DNA of 64,000 nt from Candidatus Latescibacterota bacterium (GCA_963422735.1 OY730476.1:1024001-1088000), one strand, 5' to 3'; shown: positions 51,126 through 61,089, counted from the first letter of the stretch. Translations and numbers: made by a program. Notes: a model not told the origin generated them from the letters alone.

Positions 51126-52277
51126 ATGCCCTTCCAAACCCACTTCGACTTCCGCCATCCCACCCACATCGTCCACGGCCCCGGGTCTATCACCTGTTTG
51201 GCAGATTGCTTCTCACCGTCCCACAAGGTTCTGATCGTCTCCGATCAGGTCTTAGGGGAAATCGGCACAGTAGAAGCGGTCGTTTCCGCCCTCGGCGACA
51301 TCCCCCATGCCGTCTATCTCAAAGACGGTTCGAGTGAGCCGACCGCAGAATCCGTCGAGGAAGGGGTCCAGGCTTACCAACAAGAACGCTGCACGGCCAT
51401 CATCGGCCTCGGCGGTGGCTCGCCTATGGACGTGGCCAAGATGATTGGCGTACTCGCGTCCAACGACGGACGCATCACCCAGTATTTAGGCAGCGGAAAA
51501 GTCGCAAACGACTTGCCCTATCTCGCCTGTGTCCCCACGACCTACGGCACCGCCAGCGAAGTCACGCCTTTTGCCGTGCTGGACAATCCCGCCAGCGGCA
51601 ACAAAGACCCGGTTATTAGCTGGAAGATCGCGCCCCAAGTCGGCGTTCTCGATCCCAACCTTTCGGTCGCCCTGCCCGCCCCCGTCGGCGCGGCTACTGG
51701 CATGGACGCCCTGACCCACGCGCTCGAATCCTATATCAACTTAGCGGCCACGCCTCTCACCGAAGGCATCGCGCTGCACGCCATCCGCCTCATCGGCCAC
51801 AACCTGCGCCTCGCCTGTGCCAACGACCACGCACTGGCCGCCACCGAAAACATGCTCATCGCCAGTATGATGGCCGGCGTCGCTTTTTCGCAAACGCGCC
51901 TCGGCAATGTCCATGCCATGTCCCATCCAGCAGGCGCCCACTACCACGTGCATCACGGGCTGCTCAACGCCATCTTGTTGCCCTACGTCATGGAGTTCAA
52001 TTGGCTGGCCTGCCCCGGCAAATTCGCCGCCATCGCCGAGGCGCTCGGCACGCACATTTCCGGGTTAGACCAACGCCAAGCCGCGCAAGCCGCCATCGCC
52101 GCAGTGCGCCATATCAACGCCGACTTAGGCATCCCTGCCAAGCTAGGGGATGTCGGCGTTGATGTGGCCCGCATCTCCACCATGGCGCGTACTGCCATGC
52201 AGAGCGGCAACATTGCCGTCAACCCGCGCAAGACCAGCCAGCGCGATCTCGAAGTTTTATTCCAACAAGCCATTTAG
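51126..52277 (+). CDS. Iron-containing alcohol dehydrogenase
   Basis: GGGSPMDVAK, PTTYGTASE, GMDALTHALE, HAMSH, HG. Confidence 0.93.
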   Translation: MPFQTHFDFRHPTHIVHGPGSITCLADCFSPSHKVLIVSDQVLGEIGTVEAVVSALGDIPHAVYLKDGSSEPTAESVEEGVQAYQQERCTAIIGLGGGSPMDVAKMIGVLASNDGRITQYLGSGKVANDLPYLACVPTTYGTASEVTPFAVLDNPASGNKDPVISWKIAPQVGVLDPNLSVALPAPVGAATGMDALTHALESYINLAATPLTEGIALHAIRLIGHNLRLACANDHALAATENMLIASMMAGVAFSQTRLGNVHAMSHPAGAHYHVHHGLLNAILLPYVMEFNWLACPGKFAAIAEALGTHISGLDQRQAAQAAIAAVRHINADLGIPAKLGDVGVDVARISTMARTAMQSGNIAVNPRKTSQRDLEVLFQQAI

Positions 52278-52287
52278 GAGGTCTCCC

Positions 52288-53547
52288 ATGCCCCTGCCCC
52301 GCATGTTCCGCGTCCGCCAGCTTTTTTCCGCGCCCACGGTCGAGGACATCCCCGCAGCTATGCGCGCCGAGGTCCAGCGCCTCGACTTAGGCCCCAAAAT
52401 CAATCCCGGCGGGACTATCGCCATCTCCGTCGGCAGCCGCGGTATTGCCAACATCGCGCTCGTAATCAAAAGCCTCGTAGCCGAGTTCAAGGCCCTCGGC
52501 CTCCAGCCCTTCCTCGTCCCCGCCATGGGCAGCCACGGCGGCGGCATCGCCGAGGCCCAACAGGCCATTATCGAAGGCTACGGCGTTACCGAAGAGTACG
52601 CTGGCGCACCCATTAAGTCGTCCATGGAGACCGTACAGGTGGGCGCAACCGAGGATGGCGTCCCGGTCTTTTTCGACCAATACGCATTCGAAGCCGACCA
52701 CGTAGCCGTCGTTGGCCGCGTCAAGCCGCACACTGACTTTGTCGGCGAAATCGAGAGCGGCCTGCACAAGATGATGCTCATCGGCTTGGGCAAGCACAAA
52801 GGCGCGGCCCTGTACCACCAAGCCATTGTCCACTACAGCTTCGACCGCATCGTCCGCTCAGTCGGCCAAACCGTCATCGACCAATGCGGTGTGCTCATGG
52901 GGCTGGCCTTAGTCGAAAACCAGTACGATCAAACCGCGCTCATCAAGGGCGTGGGAGCCGACGAGTTCGTGGAGCGCGAAAAGGAATTGCTAGTCCTCGC
53001 CAAGCAATGGATGCCGCGCCTTCCCTTCGACGAAGTCGATCTGCTCATCGTCGATGCGATCGGCAAAAACATCTCCGGTGCCGGCATGGACACCAACGTC
53101 GTCGGCCGCAAATTCCACGACAACCACGCCGCCGACAAGGAGTACCCCAAAGTAACCCGCATCCTGGTCCGCGGCCTGACCGAGGAGACCCACGGCAACG
53201 CCTCCGGCATCGGCACTGCCGAATACGCCCACAAGCGCGCCATCGAGCAGATGGACCGCGAGATTACCTACATCAACTGCATGACCGGCAACCACCCATC
53301 GGGCGCACACATCCCGCTCTACTTCGACACGGACCGCATCTGCATTGAAAAGGCCCTAGAGACCGTCGGCCTAGTCGAGCCTGAAAACGCCAAGATCCTG
53401 CGCATCCACAACACCCTAGAATTAGGCGAGATCCTCGTCTCAGAAGCCTATCGGCCCGAAATCGAACAGCGCGAGGACTTGGAAATCATCGCCGAGGCCG
53501 AGGAAATGGGCTTTGACGAAAACGGCGATTTGCCGCTTGCGTTTTAG
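52288..53547 (+). CDS. LarA/DUF362-like (lactate racemase-domain) protein
   Basis: SVGSRGIANI, PAMGSHGG, RVKPHTDF, ESGL.KM..IGLGK, GKNISG.GMD.NV.GR. Confidence 0.8.
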   Translation: MPLPRMFRVRQLFSAPTVEDIPAAMRAEVQRLDLGPKINPGGTIAISVGSRGIANIALVIKSLVAEFKALGLQPFLVPAMGSHGGGIAEAQQAIIEGYGVTEEYAGAPIKSSMETVQVGATEDGVPVFFDQYAFEADHVAVVGRVKPHTDFVGEIESGLHKMMLIGLGKHKGAALYHQAIVHYSFDRIVRSVGQTVIDQCGVLMGLALVENQYDQTALIKGVGADEFVEREKELLVLAKQWMPRLPFDEVDLLIVDAIGKNISGAGMDTNVVGRKFHDNHAADKEYPKVTRILVRGLTEETHGNASGIGTAEYAHKRAIEQMDREITYINCMTGNHPSGAHIPLYFDTDRICIEKALETVGLVEPENAKILRIHNTLELGEILVSEAYRPEIEQREDLEIIAEAEEMGFDENGDLPLAF

Positions 53548-53550
53548 CAG

Positions 53551-54459
53551 ATGACCAAAAAACCGCGGGGCGTGTCCCCTATTTTCTTAGACGAAAATTC
53601 GCAACATTCAGCGACCGCGGGTCATACGCGCCGCCGCATTGTTTTTGGCTGGTACGGTGGGAAATTCTCTCATCTCGACTGGCTGTTACCCCTGCTGCCG
53701 GAGTGTCATCATTACTGCGAGCCTTTTGCCGGTTCTGGGGCCGTGCTCATCAACCGAGCACCCGCTCCTGTCGAGACCTATAACGATCTTGACGGTGAGG
53801 TGGTACACTTCTTTCGGGTGTTGCGCGACCAGCACCAAGCACTGATCCGCGCTATCGCCCTGACGCCGTTCTCGCGCGAGGAATACTACTACGCCATCTA
53901 CGGCAGCACCGAGGACATCAGCGACTTAGAACGCGCCCGACGTTTCTATATTAAAGCGCGGCAGACTCGCACCGGGCTAGCACAAACGGCCTCCCTTGGT
54001 CGCTGGGCCAACTGCAAGAATACGAGCCGGGCTGGTATGTCTGGCGTGGTCTCTCGCTGGTTGGGGGGTGTAGATGCACTCGACGAGATTGCACAGCGTC
54101 TGATCCGAGTTCAGATTGAAAACCGACCCGCTGTGGATGTGATTCAACTCTACGACAGCCGCAAAACCTTGTTCTACTGTGACCCTCCCTACTTACACGC
54201 CACTCGTGGCGACGCCAAAGCATACAAGTTTGAAATGGACGAAGCCGAGCACCGCATGTTGGCAAAAGTCGTCAATGAGTGCGAGGGCAACGTGGCCGTG
54301 TCTGGCTACCATCACCCCTTGATGGACAAGTTGTTCCCGCCCGATCGCTGGTTCAAGACACAAGGACCGGACAAGACCATCCATTCCACCAAGGACAGCC
54401 GGCGCGAAGTGTTGTGGACAAACTACGAGCCGGAAGTACAAAAAGAGCTGTTTGAATGA
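53551..54459 (+). CDS. DNA adenine methyltransferase (Dam/D12 class)
   Basis: FGWYGGK, EPFAGSGAV, YND.DG, DPPY, EVLWTNY. Confidence 0.93.
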   Translation: MTKKPRGVSPIFLDENSQHSATAGHTRRRIVFGWYGGKFSHLDWLLPLLPECHHYCEPFAGSGAVLINRAPAPVETYNDLDGEVVHFFRVLRDQHQALIRAIALTPFSREEYYYAIYGSTEDISDLERARRFYIKARQTRTGLAQTASLGRWANCKNTSRAGMSGVVSRWLGGVDALDEIAQRLIRVQIENRPAVDVIQLYDSRKTLFYCDPPYLHATRGDAKAYKFEMDEAEHRMLAKVVNECEGNVAVSGYHHPLMDKLFPPDRWFKTQGPDKTIHSTKDSRREVLWTNYEPEVQKELFE

Positions 54460-55559
54460 CACCAGAGGACATTCTGCGTGGCATTTACGAGCGTGCTGAG
54501 GCGGTCCCCGACCTAGACATCAGGGAACGCGTTGCTTATGTCTGCCGATGCACGAGCAACCGCGCCGGGGTGTGCTTGCTTATGTCGTGCCTGCTGGGCA
54601 AGCTAGACAAGCCCAATGTCGATCCGCGCAAACCCTATACTGAAATTGGCGACCCGGACAGCTTTTCTGGACGCACCTACGATGAACAACATCTGGCCCC
54701 ATTCATCAATGAACACCGCTTGCCCGTCAATCAGACAACGGCCTTCCTCACGCCAGCACTGAGAAACATCGACCATCCACTGACCACGGACCGCGAGCTT
54801 GTTGGCAGACCGCGTGACCTGTATAAAAAGATCCTTGAACTACTCGAAGATGTGGCCGAACAGCGAGTAGCCGCTGATGTGCTATTTGTCGAAATCGTCC
54901 GCCTCTTGCTTCAGATGCGCGATGAGAAACTGGCCCGCATAGATTCACTACTCAAGGGATTGGAACAAACCGAAGGGGCCTTGCCCCTATCATCAGAGGC
55001 CATCGTTACCCTGCTCAAGCAGCACTTATCGTGCAAACATGCAAGCCGCTTGCCGGTCCTCGTCGTAGCGGCGGCCTATCAGGCAGCCGGAACGCGGCTT
55101 GCCGAACGCATATTGCCGCTAAACCCACACAATGCCGCCGATCTGCAAACCGGCTCATTAGGGGATGTGGAAATTTGCCTCGTTGGAGAAGATTCTGTTG
55201 TAGCGGCTTATGAAATGAAGGCGAAGAGAGTCGATTACACTGACATCGACGCGGCACTAGCCAAGATCCTCGGAGCACCGCATAGGATTGACAATTATCT
55301 ATTCGTCACCACGGCTGAAATCGATCCGAGGGTAGCCGAATACGCAGCCGGATTTTACGAACAGACCGATGGAGTCGAGATTGCGATTTTGGAATGCATT
55401 GGGTTTCTGCGGCACTTCTTGCATCTGTTCCACCGCATCCGCGCCGACTATTTGAACGCCTACCAAGAATTGGTTTTGAACGAGCCGGATTCAGCCGTAA
55501 GTCAAACACTCAAGGAGGCTTTCCTAGCCCTGCGCCAAGCGGCTGAAAGCGATGAGTAA
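54456..55559 (+). CDS. Putative type II restriction endonuclease (PD-(D/E)xK, SacI-like)
   Basis: Coupled to the MTase by an ATGA overlap. FSGRTYDE, HNAAD..TG..GDVEI...AYEMK motifs. Confidence 0.7.
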   Translation: MTPEDILRGIYERAEAVPDLDIRERVAYVCRCTSNRAGVCLLMSCLLGKLDKPNVDPRKPYTEIGDPDSFSGRTYDEQHLAPFINEHRLPVNQTTAFLTPALRNIDHPLTTDRELVGRPRDLYKKILELLEDVAEQRVAADVLFVEIVRLLLQMRDEKLARIDSLLKGLEQTEGALPLSSEAIVTLLKQHLSCKHASRLPVLVVAAAYQAAGTRLAERILPLNPHNAADLQTGSLGDVEICLVGEDSVVAAYEMKAKRVDYTDIDAALAKILGAPHRIDNYLFVTTAEIDPRVAEYAAGFYEQTDGVEIAILECIGFLRHFLHLFHRIRADYLNAYQELVLNEPDSAVSQTLKEAFLALRQAAESDE

Positions 55560-55567
55560 TAAATGAT

Positions 55568-55591
55568 TTAGTAAACCACCGCTGCGTACGC
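55568..55591 (-). repeat. Copy of the 3' end of the FlgD-domain gene at 56964
   Basis: ttagtaaaccaccgctgcgtacgc versus ttagtaaaccaccgctacgcacgc (56964-56987): 22/24, beginning exactly at the stop codon. Confidence 0.82.
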
Positions 55592-55613
55592 TATTGGATA
55601 AATAAAAAATAAA

Positions 55614-56468
55614 ATGGATAACAACGTCCAAGACTATTTATTCGACCTCCAAGGTTATTTGGTCTTAAAAAATGCAATCTCGGCCGCAGATTTGCGCGAG
55701 ATGAACCAGTGGATAGACGACCACGCATCGTATGTAGAAGATCCGTGGTCAACAGAGGGTGATTCGAATAGAAAAAGTCGCTGGATTGGTAATGTAGAAA
55801 CGCACACCTACCATGAAGAAAATGGCGTCAACTTCCAAAGTATCATCGAGGGTGGCCCTGTTTTTGAGCGATTGATAGATCATCCGGCTTGGATCGACTT
55901 GGTCAAGAAGTACATTCACTCCTCAGTAAATGGCCTTTCCATTCACGAGAACTTTCTCAACGTCCGCGGTCCGGGTGGTTACATCCACATTCACTGCGGT
56001 GGACATGTTCCGCTCAGTTATTTGACGTTTCGCCAGAATAACACCGGCGAGTGGATGGTCGGGCAGATTAACGTATTGATGGCCCTCAACGACATCGGCG
56101 AGGGCGAGGGCCCGCCGGTACTAATTCCGGGCAGCCACAAGTGTAGCGAAATTCACCCTCGGCTGGAGGTGGACGGCCAGGGCTTGGTTTACGATGGTGT
56201 GAGCGGCAAGCCCGCCGGGACAGCCATCGCTGTGCAGGAAATGTATCTGAAGGCAGGGGATGTTTTGTTATTCACCGATGCGATAACACACGGCTCTGCG
56301 GAACGCACCAATCCCGGTTGTCGGCGGACGGTTGTTTATCGCTATTCCCCAAGATATGTGCGCGAGCGATTTAACTATCAAATTTCAGAGGGACTGTTAC
56401 AACGTTTGACCCCAGAAAGACGGGCCATTATTGAGCCCATCGTACCGCGGCAGCCGCCATCCGCATAG
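55614..56468 (+). CDS. PhyH-family dioxygenase
   Basis: YLFDLQGYLVLKNAIS, IHCG, IPGSHK, KAGDVLLF...ITHGS..RTN...RR. Confidence 0.88.
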   Translation: MDNNVQDYLFDLQGYLVLKNAISAADLREMNQWIDDHASYVEDPWSTEGDSNRKSRWIGNVETHTYHEENGVNFQSIIEGGPVFERLIDHPAWIDLVKKYIHSSVNGLSIHENFLNVRGPGGYIHIHCGGHVPLSYLTFRQNNTGEWMVGQINVLMALNDIGEGEGPPVLIPGSHKCSEIHPRLEVDGQGLVYDGVSGKPAGTAIAVQEMYLKAGDVLLFTDAITHGSAERTNPGCRRTVVYRYSPRYVRERFNYQISEGLLQRLTPERRAIIEPIVPRQPPSA

Positions 56469-56492
56469 CGTTCAAGAATAGAGGCTACATCG

Positions 56493-56948
56493 GTGAGATA
56501 TGGAATCAGTGCCGCGGCATTGATCGTCCAGCACAAGCGCCTGCTGTTGGTCAATCACAAAAAGAGCGGGCAGTACGATTTTTGGTTGCCACCGGGGGGA
56601 AAATTACAGGGGGACGAATCGATCTTTGATTGTGCGCGACGGGAAGCGATGGAAGAAACGGGCTTATCCGTTGAGTTAGATCGCATCATCTATATCGTCG
56701 AATACGCCGAACCGGACTATCACTTCTGCAAATTTTTCATTCGCTGTAAAAGGTTCGCCGGAACCCTCACGCTTGCCAATAGAGAACCGGAAGAGACTTT
56801 TCTCGTCAATGCGCGTTTCTTTGCCAAAGCGGATCTGCAAGGCCTCAAGGTACATCCCGCAATTTTGCAAGCTCATTTTTGGGACGACCTTGAGGCCGGA
56901 TTCCCAGAAACGCGGTACTTGGGGCTGGAAGAAATAGGGACGCACTGA
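56493..56948 (+). CDS. NUDIX hydrolase
   Basis: PGGKLQGDESIFDCARREAMEETGL Nudix box. Confidence 0.92.
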   Translation: MRYGISAAALIVQHKRLLLVNHKKSGQYDFWLPPGGKLQGDESIFDCARREAMEETGLSVELDRIIYIVEYAEPDYHFCKFFIRCKRFAGTLTLANREPEETFLVNARFFAKADLQGLKVHPAILQAHFWDDLEAGFPETRYLGLEEIGTH

Positions 56949-56963
56949 GACCGAATCCGCCAA

Positions 56964-57400
56964 TTAGTAAACCACCGCTACGCACGCCATCCGCTCCTCG
57001 CGCGGCCGATCTGTTTCCACCGCCACCCGGACCAGATACAAACCCGGTCCGACCAACCGGCCCGATTGATCGCGGCCATTCCATAGCACCGCATGGCGAC
57101 CGACCTCCCGCTTGGACCGGCTCGCTATAAGCAACGGCCGCGCAAATCGAACACTGCCACTTCGGGCGCGTCCAACGAGCAGCGTATAGCCGATCCGCAC
57201 CTCGTCGTTCACCGCGTCTCCCTGCGGCGTAAAGGCAACCGGCTCTACCTCCATTGCGGCCAACATCGACCCTTGCGCTGCGGTCCCTTGCAAGGGGGGC
57301 ATCTCTGCCGCGACTTCAACAGATGTTCTTAGCAATCCTATTGGGGCCAAGCGGCACCACAAGCCCATACCCTTGCCTCCGGCCAATCGACGCTGCTCAT
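56964..57400 (-). pseudogene. C-terminal FlgD-like domain, remnant of a large secreted protein
   Basis: FTPQGDAVND...I.YTLL...WNGRDQSGRLVGPGLYLVRV...VAVVY*. The upstream part of the listed ORF is only the antisense shadow of the next gene. Confidence 0.65.
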
Positions 57401-57501
57401 GCCAAACGCAGCTATATGCGAGGCCCAGGCACTGGACAAGAACCGGCGGCCCGGTTTCTTTATTCGCAAGCAATATGCACCTAACCCACAGAGCCTCGAT
57501 T

Positions 57502-58596
57502 ATGACCACCGAATACATCGGCATGACCCGCGATGCCATCGACACCCCCGTCCTCTTGGTCGATCTCGACGCGCTCGAATACAATATCGCCCGGCTCGCC
57601 AAACACTTCTGTACGGCAGGCAAAAACCTCCGGCCGCACATCAAGTCGCACAAAACCCCGGCCATCGCCCATCTCCAGCTCTCAGCCGGCGCACAGGGGA
57701 TCACCTGCGCCAAGGTCGGGGAGGCCGAGGTCATGGCCGACGCCGGCATCCAAGACATCCTCATTGCCAACGAAGTCGTCGGCCGTCGCAAGATCGAGCA
57801 CCTCATGGCGCTGGCCGCTCGTTGCGACATTATGGTCGCAGTCGATAACCCGCAAAACCTCACCGAACTCAACGAGGCCGCCCACGCCTACAAGGTCTGC
57901 CCCCGCGTACTCGTGGAGGTCAACATCGGCCACAATCGTTGCGGCGTCGTACCCGCCGCAGTCGTCGATCTCGCCCGCGCAGCCTCCCAAGCACCGCACC
58001 TCCACTTCTGCGGCCTGATGGGCTACGAAGGCCACGTCATTGACCTCGAAGACAAGGAAGCCCGCGACGACGGTGCCCGCACCTGCCTTCAGCGCCTCGT
58101 CGATGCCCGCGACGATGTGGAGCGCGCCGACCTCGACTGCCCGATTTGCAGCGCCTCGGGCACGGGCGATTACTACATCAGCACCTCCTTCGACGGCATC
58201 ACGGAGGTCCAAGCTGGCTCGTACGCACTGATGGACGCGGCGTACGCCAAGCTGGGCTTGGGTTTCAAAAATGCCCTCAGTGTACTAACCACCGTTACCA
58301 GCCGCCCCGCGCCCGAGAAGGTCATCACCGACGCCGGCCTAAAGAGCCTGACGCCCGAGCACGGCTTCCCCCTCGTCAGGGGCCGCCCCGACTTGGAATG
58401 CCACGCCCTCTCCGAAGAGCACGGTCGCCTCAAGACCCTAGCTGGCCCTTGCACTGACCTCCACCCCGGCGACCTACTCGAATTTATCCCTGGCCACGGC
58501 TGCACCACCGTCAATCTCCACGACCACCTCTACGCGCTGCGCGCAGGTCGCTTAGAGACGATTTGGGAAATCGCCGGCCGCGGCAAAGTCCGCTGA
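57502..58596 (+). CDS. DSD1-family PLP enzyme (D-threonine aldolase / D-serine dehydratase-like)
   Basis: IDTPVLLVD, LRPHIKSHK, GLMGYEGH, TEVQAGSY, SEEHG, PGHGCTTVN. Confidence 0.92.
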   Translation: MTTEYIGMTRDAIDTPVLLVDLDALEYNIARLAKHFCTAGKNLRPHIKSHKTPAIAHLQLSAGAQGITCAKVGEAEVMADAGIQDILIANEVVGRRKIEHLMALAARCDIMVAVDNPQNLTELNEAAHAYKVCPRVLVEVNIGHNRCGVVPAAVVDLARAASQAPHLHFCGLMGYEGHVIDLEDKEARDDGARTCLQRLVDARDDVERADLDCPICSASGTGDYYISTSFDGITEVQAGSYALMDAAYAKLGLGFKNALSVLTTVTSRPAPEKVITDAGLKSLTPEHGFPLVRGRPDLECHALSEEHGRLKTLAGPCTDLHPGDLLEFIPGHGCTTVNLHDHLYALRAGRLETIWEIAGRGKVR

Positions 58597-58599
58597 CCA

Positions 58600-58833
58600 C
58601 CAAAAAAGTCGTCTATCGTCGGCACCGGCCGCCGCAGGTGCTGAGCATACCGCCTCGGCAATGGCCATGACCGTGTTTGGGGCCAGATGTATCAAACCGG
58701 GCGCGGTCGAAGCCGGCTGACGCCGCCGGCGACCGCGGCGGTCTTGGTAGATGTCTTCTACGTGCATCCCGGCCAGCCCATCAAAGACGGTGTACTGGCT
58801 GCTCAACACATGCTCAAAGGATATGTCGCTCAT
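58600..58833 (-). pseudogene. N-terminal remnant of a two-component-regulator propeller protein
   Basis: YTVFDGLAGMHVEDIYQDRRG and LAPNTVMAIAE repeat fragments. Confidence 0.55.
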
Positions 58834-58982
58834 ATTCGTCCTTCCGGCGCTTGGGAGATCCGACCCAACGGCACGACATCCTTTATCCCTAAGATACGAC
58901 CGCTGATGCCCTAAATCTGATCGTAGGCTAGGGTTGCCTCAAGTTGAATTCTACCAGACAAATATGCTTCTTTATATACCCT

Positions 58983-59912
58983 ATGCAGCCCATTTCTTCT
59001 CCAGCCTCGCCCCTCTTCCCCGGCTTTGCCGAATACCGCCTCGCCCTCGCCGACCAAGTCGAAATGGCGTATCTCGACAATGGCTACGGCGGGGACCACC
59101 CCCCTTTGGTGCTGCTGCACGGCATTTTTGACAACAAGGCCACGTGGTTCCGCTTGGCTACACGCCTGCCCGGCCACCGCATCATTGCACCCGACTTGAT
59201 CGGCCACGGGCACAGCAGCAAGCCGACTTTTGCCGCACATCCGGCGCACGAGCGCTACTCGCCAGACATGCAGGTTGGCTACCTTGCGGCCTTTATCGCC
59301 GCGCTGGACTTGGATAACGTAATCCTCTTGGGTAACTCGCTCGGCGGAGGCTTGGCCCTGCGCCTGTACCTCGACTTTCCCGCGCTCGCGGCCAAAGTGC
59401 GTGGGCTGGTGCTCATTGACGCAGCCAGCTACCCACACAAGCTCCCCATGCACGTGCGCACCCTCGGCAGCTATCCGGGCAAGCTGCTGAGCCACGCCCT
59501 GCTCCACACCTTGGCCCGCGCATCCGGTCTGTTGCGCTTGTCCGCTTGGCGTACCTTCCGGCGCTGCTTCCACGACCGCGGCAAAATCCCCCCTGAACTC
59601 TCAACGGCCGCCCGCGCCGCACTCGCAACGCCCAACGCTGCGTATGCCTACCATTACTCAGCGCGGAACCTCGTACCGCCCGACGTAGCAACGTTCCACC
59701 AGCGCTTTGGCGACATCACCTGCCCAGCCTTGGTCTTTTGGGGGCAAAAGGACCGCATTCTACCGGTGCGCTCGGCCCAGCGCTTCGCAGCCGCACTGCC
59801 CCGCGCCGACCTACACATCTTCCCCAATTGCGGACACGCACCCCACCTCGAATACCCCGACGAGACGGCCGACTGCATCGAACGATGGACAAAAAAGTAC
59901 GCGATTTTTTAA
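58983..59912 (+). CDS. Alpha/beta hydrolase
   Basis: LLHGI, PDLIGHG, GNSLGG, WGQKD, GHAPHLE. Confidence 0.92.
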   Translation: MQPISSPASPLFPGFAEYRLALADQVEMAYLDNGYGGDHPPLVLLHGIFDNKATWFRLATRLPGHRIIAPDLIGHGHSSKPTFAAHPAHERYSPDMQVGYLAAFIAALDLDNVILLGNSLGGGLALRLYLDFPALAAKVRGLVLIDAASYPHKLPMHVRTLGSYPGKLLSHALLHTLARASGLLRLSAWRTFRRCFHDRGKIPPELSTAARAALATPNAAYAYHYSARNLVPPDVATFHQRFGDITCPALVFWGQKDRILPVRSAQRFAAALPRADLHIFPNCGHAPHLEYPDETADCIERWTKKYAIF

Positions 59913-60027
59913 CTATTTGTTTTTACAGAACTAAAGAAAATTCACCCGCGCCTCATAAACATAGCTGCAACTATTATCCAGCACCGGCGTCTAAGCTAAA
60001 CGAGACCTGTTGACAAGGAGCGACAAC

Positions 60028-60234
60028 ATGCCACTGTACCGCCACGTAGAAGCCTCGGGCTCACCAGACGAGGTCACTGTAATCGAGGATCGGGGAATGC
60101 TCGTGCGCAACCAGCCCAGTTTCGAGTTTATCGACCCGCATACCATCAAGGCCCACCCTCTCATCGTCGAAGCCCTAATCATTGACGCCGAGCGATTGTG
60201 GACCCTCGAAGAAGTACTCGCCGGCGTAGAGTGA
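60028..60234 (+). CDS. Small hypothetical protein, possibly a deletion chimera
   Basis: RBS AAGGAG before ATG, 68 aa, no family recognised. Confidence 0.4.
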   Translation: MPLYRHVEASGSPDEVTVIEDRGMLVRNQPSFEFIDPHTIKAHPLIVEALIIDAERLWTLEEVLAGVE

Positions 60235-60435
60235 CGCGCCATTTTCCCCCGCGGCGCGTCACTCAAGTCAGGGCAACAACGCAAAAACACCTACTAGACT
60301 AATCCCCCGTTCTTTTCCCCCTCCGGCTCAATCAGCAAAAACCAGCCTCCCCTAGTCCGCCCGCGCTATCCCGCCCTTGACAAAAGGCGAATAGTGCTGG
60401 TACATCTAAATTCCTCCCCAACGAAGGATAGTATC

Positions 60436-61046
60436 GTGGACGGCACGTTCATCTATTGGGACAATTCCAACATTTTTCACGAGGCACAGCGTTTTGCCGA
60501 GGACCGCAACGAGGGTGCCGACGCCCGTTACCGCGTGTGCATCCATTTTGAAAACATGCTGCGCCTAGCGCATGCCGATCGCTCGCTAAAAAAGCACTAG
60601 CTGCCGGTTCCGTGCCGCCGGAGCTACGCCAGTTGTGGAACCGGATGGAAAACAAAGGCGTGGAGGTGAAACTATTCGACCGCGGCGAACAGGACATGCC
60701 TGACCGCGTACTGCAACTCAGGATGCTGGAGGATGCCCTCGATTTCAACGGCAACCCCGGCATCGTCGTATTGCTGACCGGGGACGGCGCTGGCTATGAG
60801 GAAGGCGCGGGTTTTCACAGCACCCTAGAGAGAATGCACAAACGCGGGTGGCGGGTAGAAATCCTATCTTGGGCGCATTCCTGTAATCAGCGGATGCGTC
60901 TATGGGCCAAAGAAAACGGCGTTTTCGTTGCGCTAGACGAATTTTACAACGCGATCACCTTTGTGGAGCCGTCCCAGCCGGGGCGCGAATTCGCGCCCTC
61001 ACGCGCCTCGGCCCCCTTGGACCTATCGCGCCGCTTGATGGCTTAA
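60436..61046 (+). pseudogene. NYN (LabA/DUF88) domain protein with a frameshift in an A6 run
   Basis: FIYWDNSNIF...; one more A at 60588-60593 gives SLKKALAAGSVPP, joining EQ..PD..LQ and LLTGDG.G. Confidence 0.8.
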
Positions 61047-61089
61047 GCGGCGTCCCGCGGCTCTTGGCATATTACACCCACGAGGCCCC

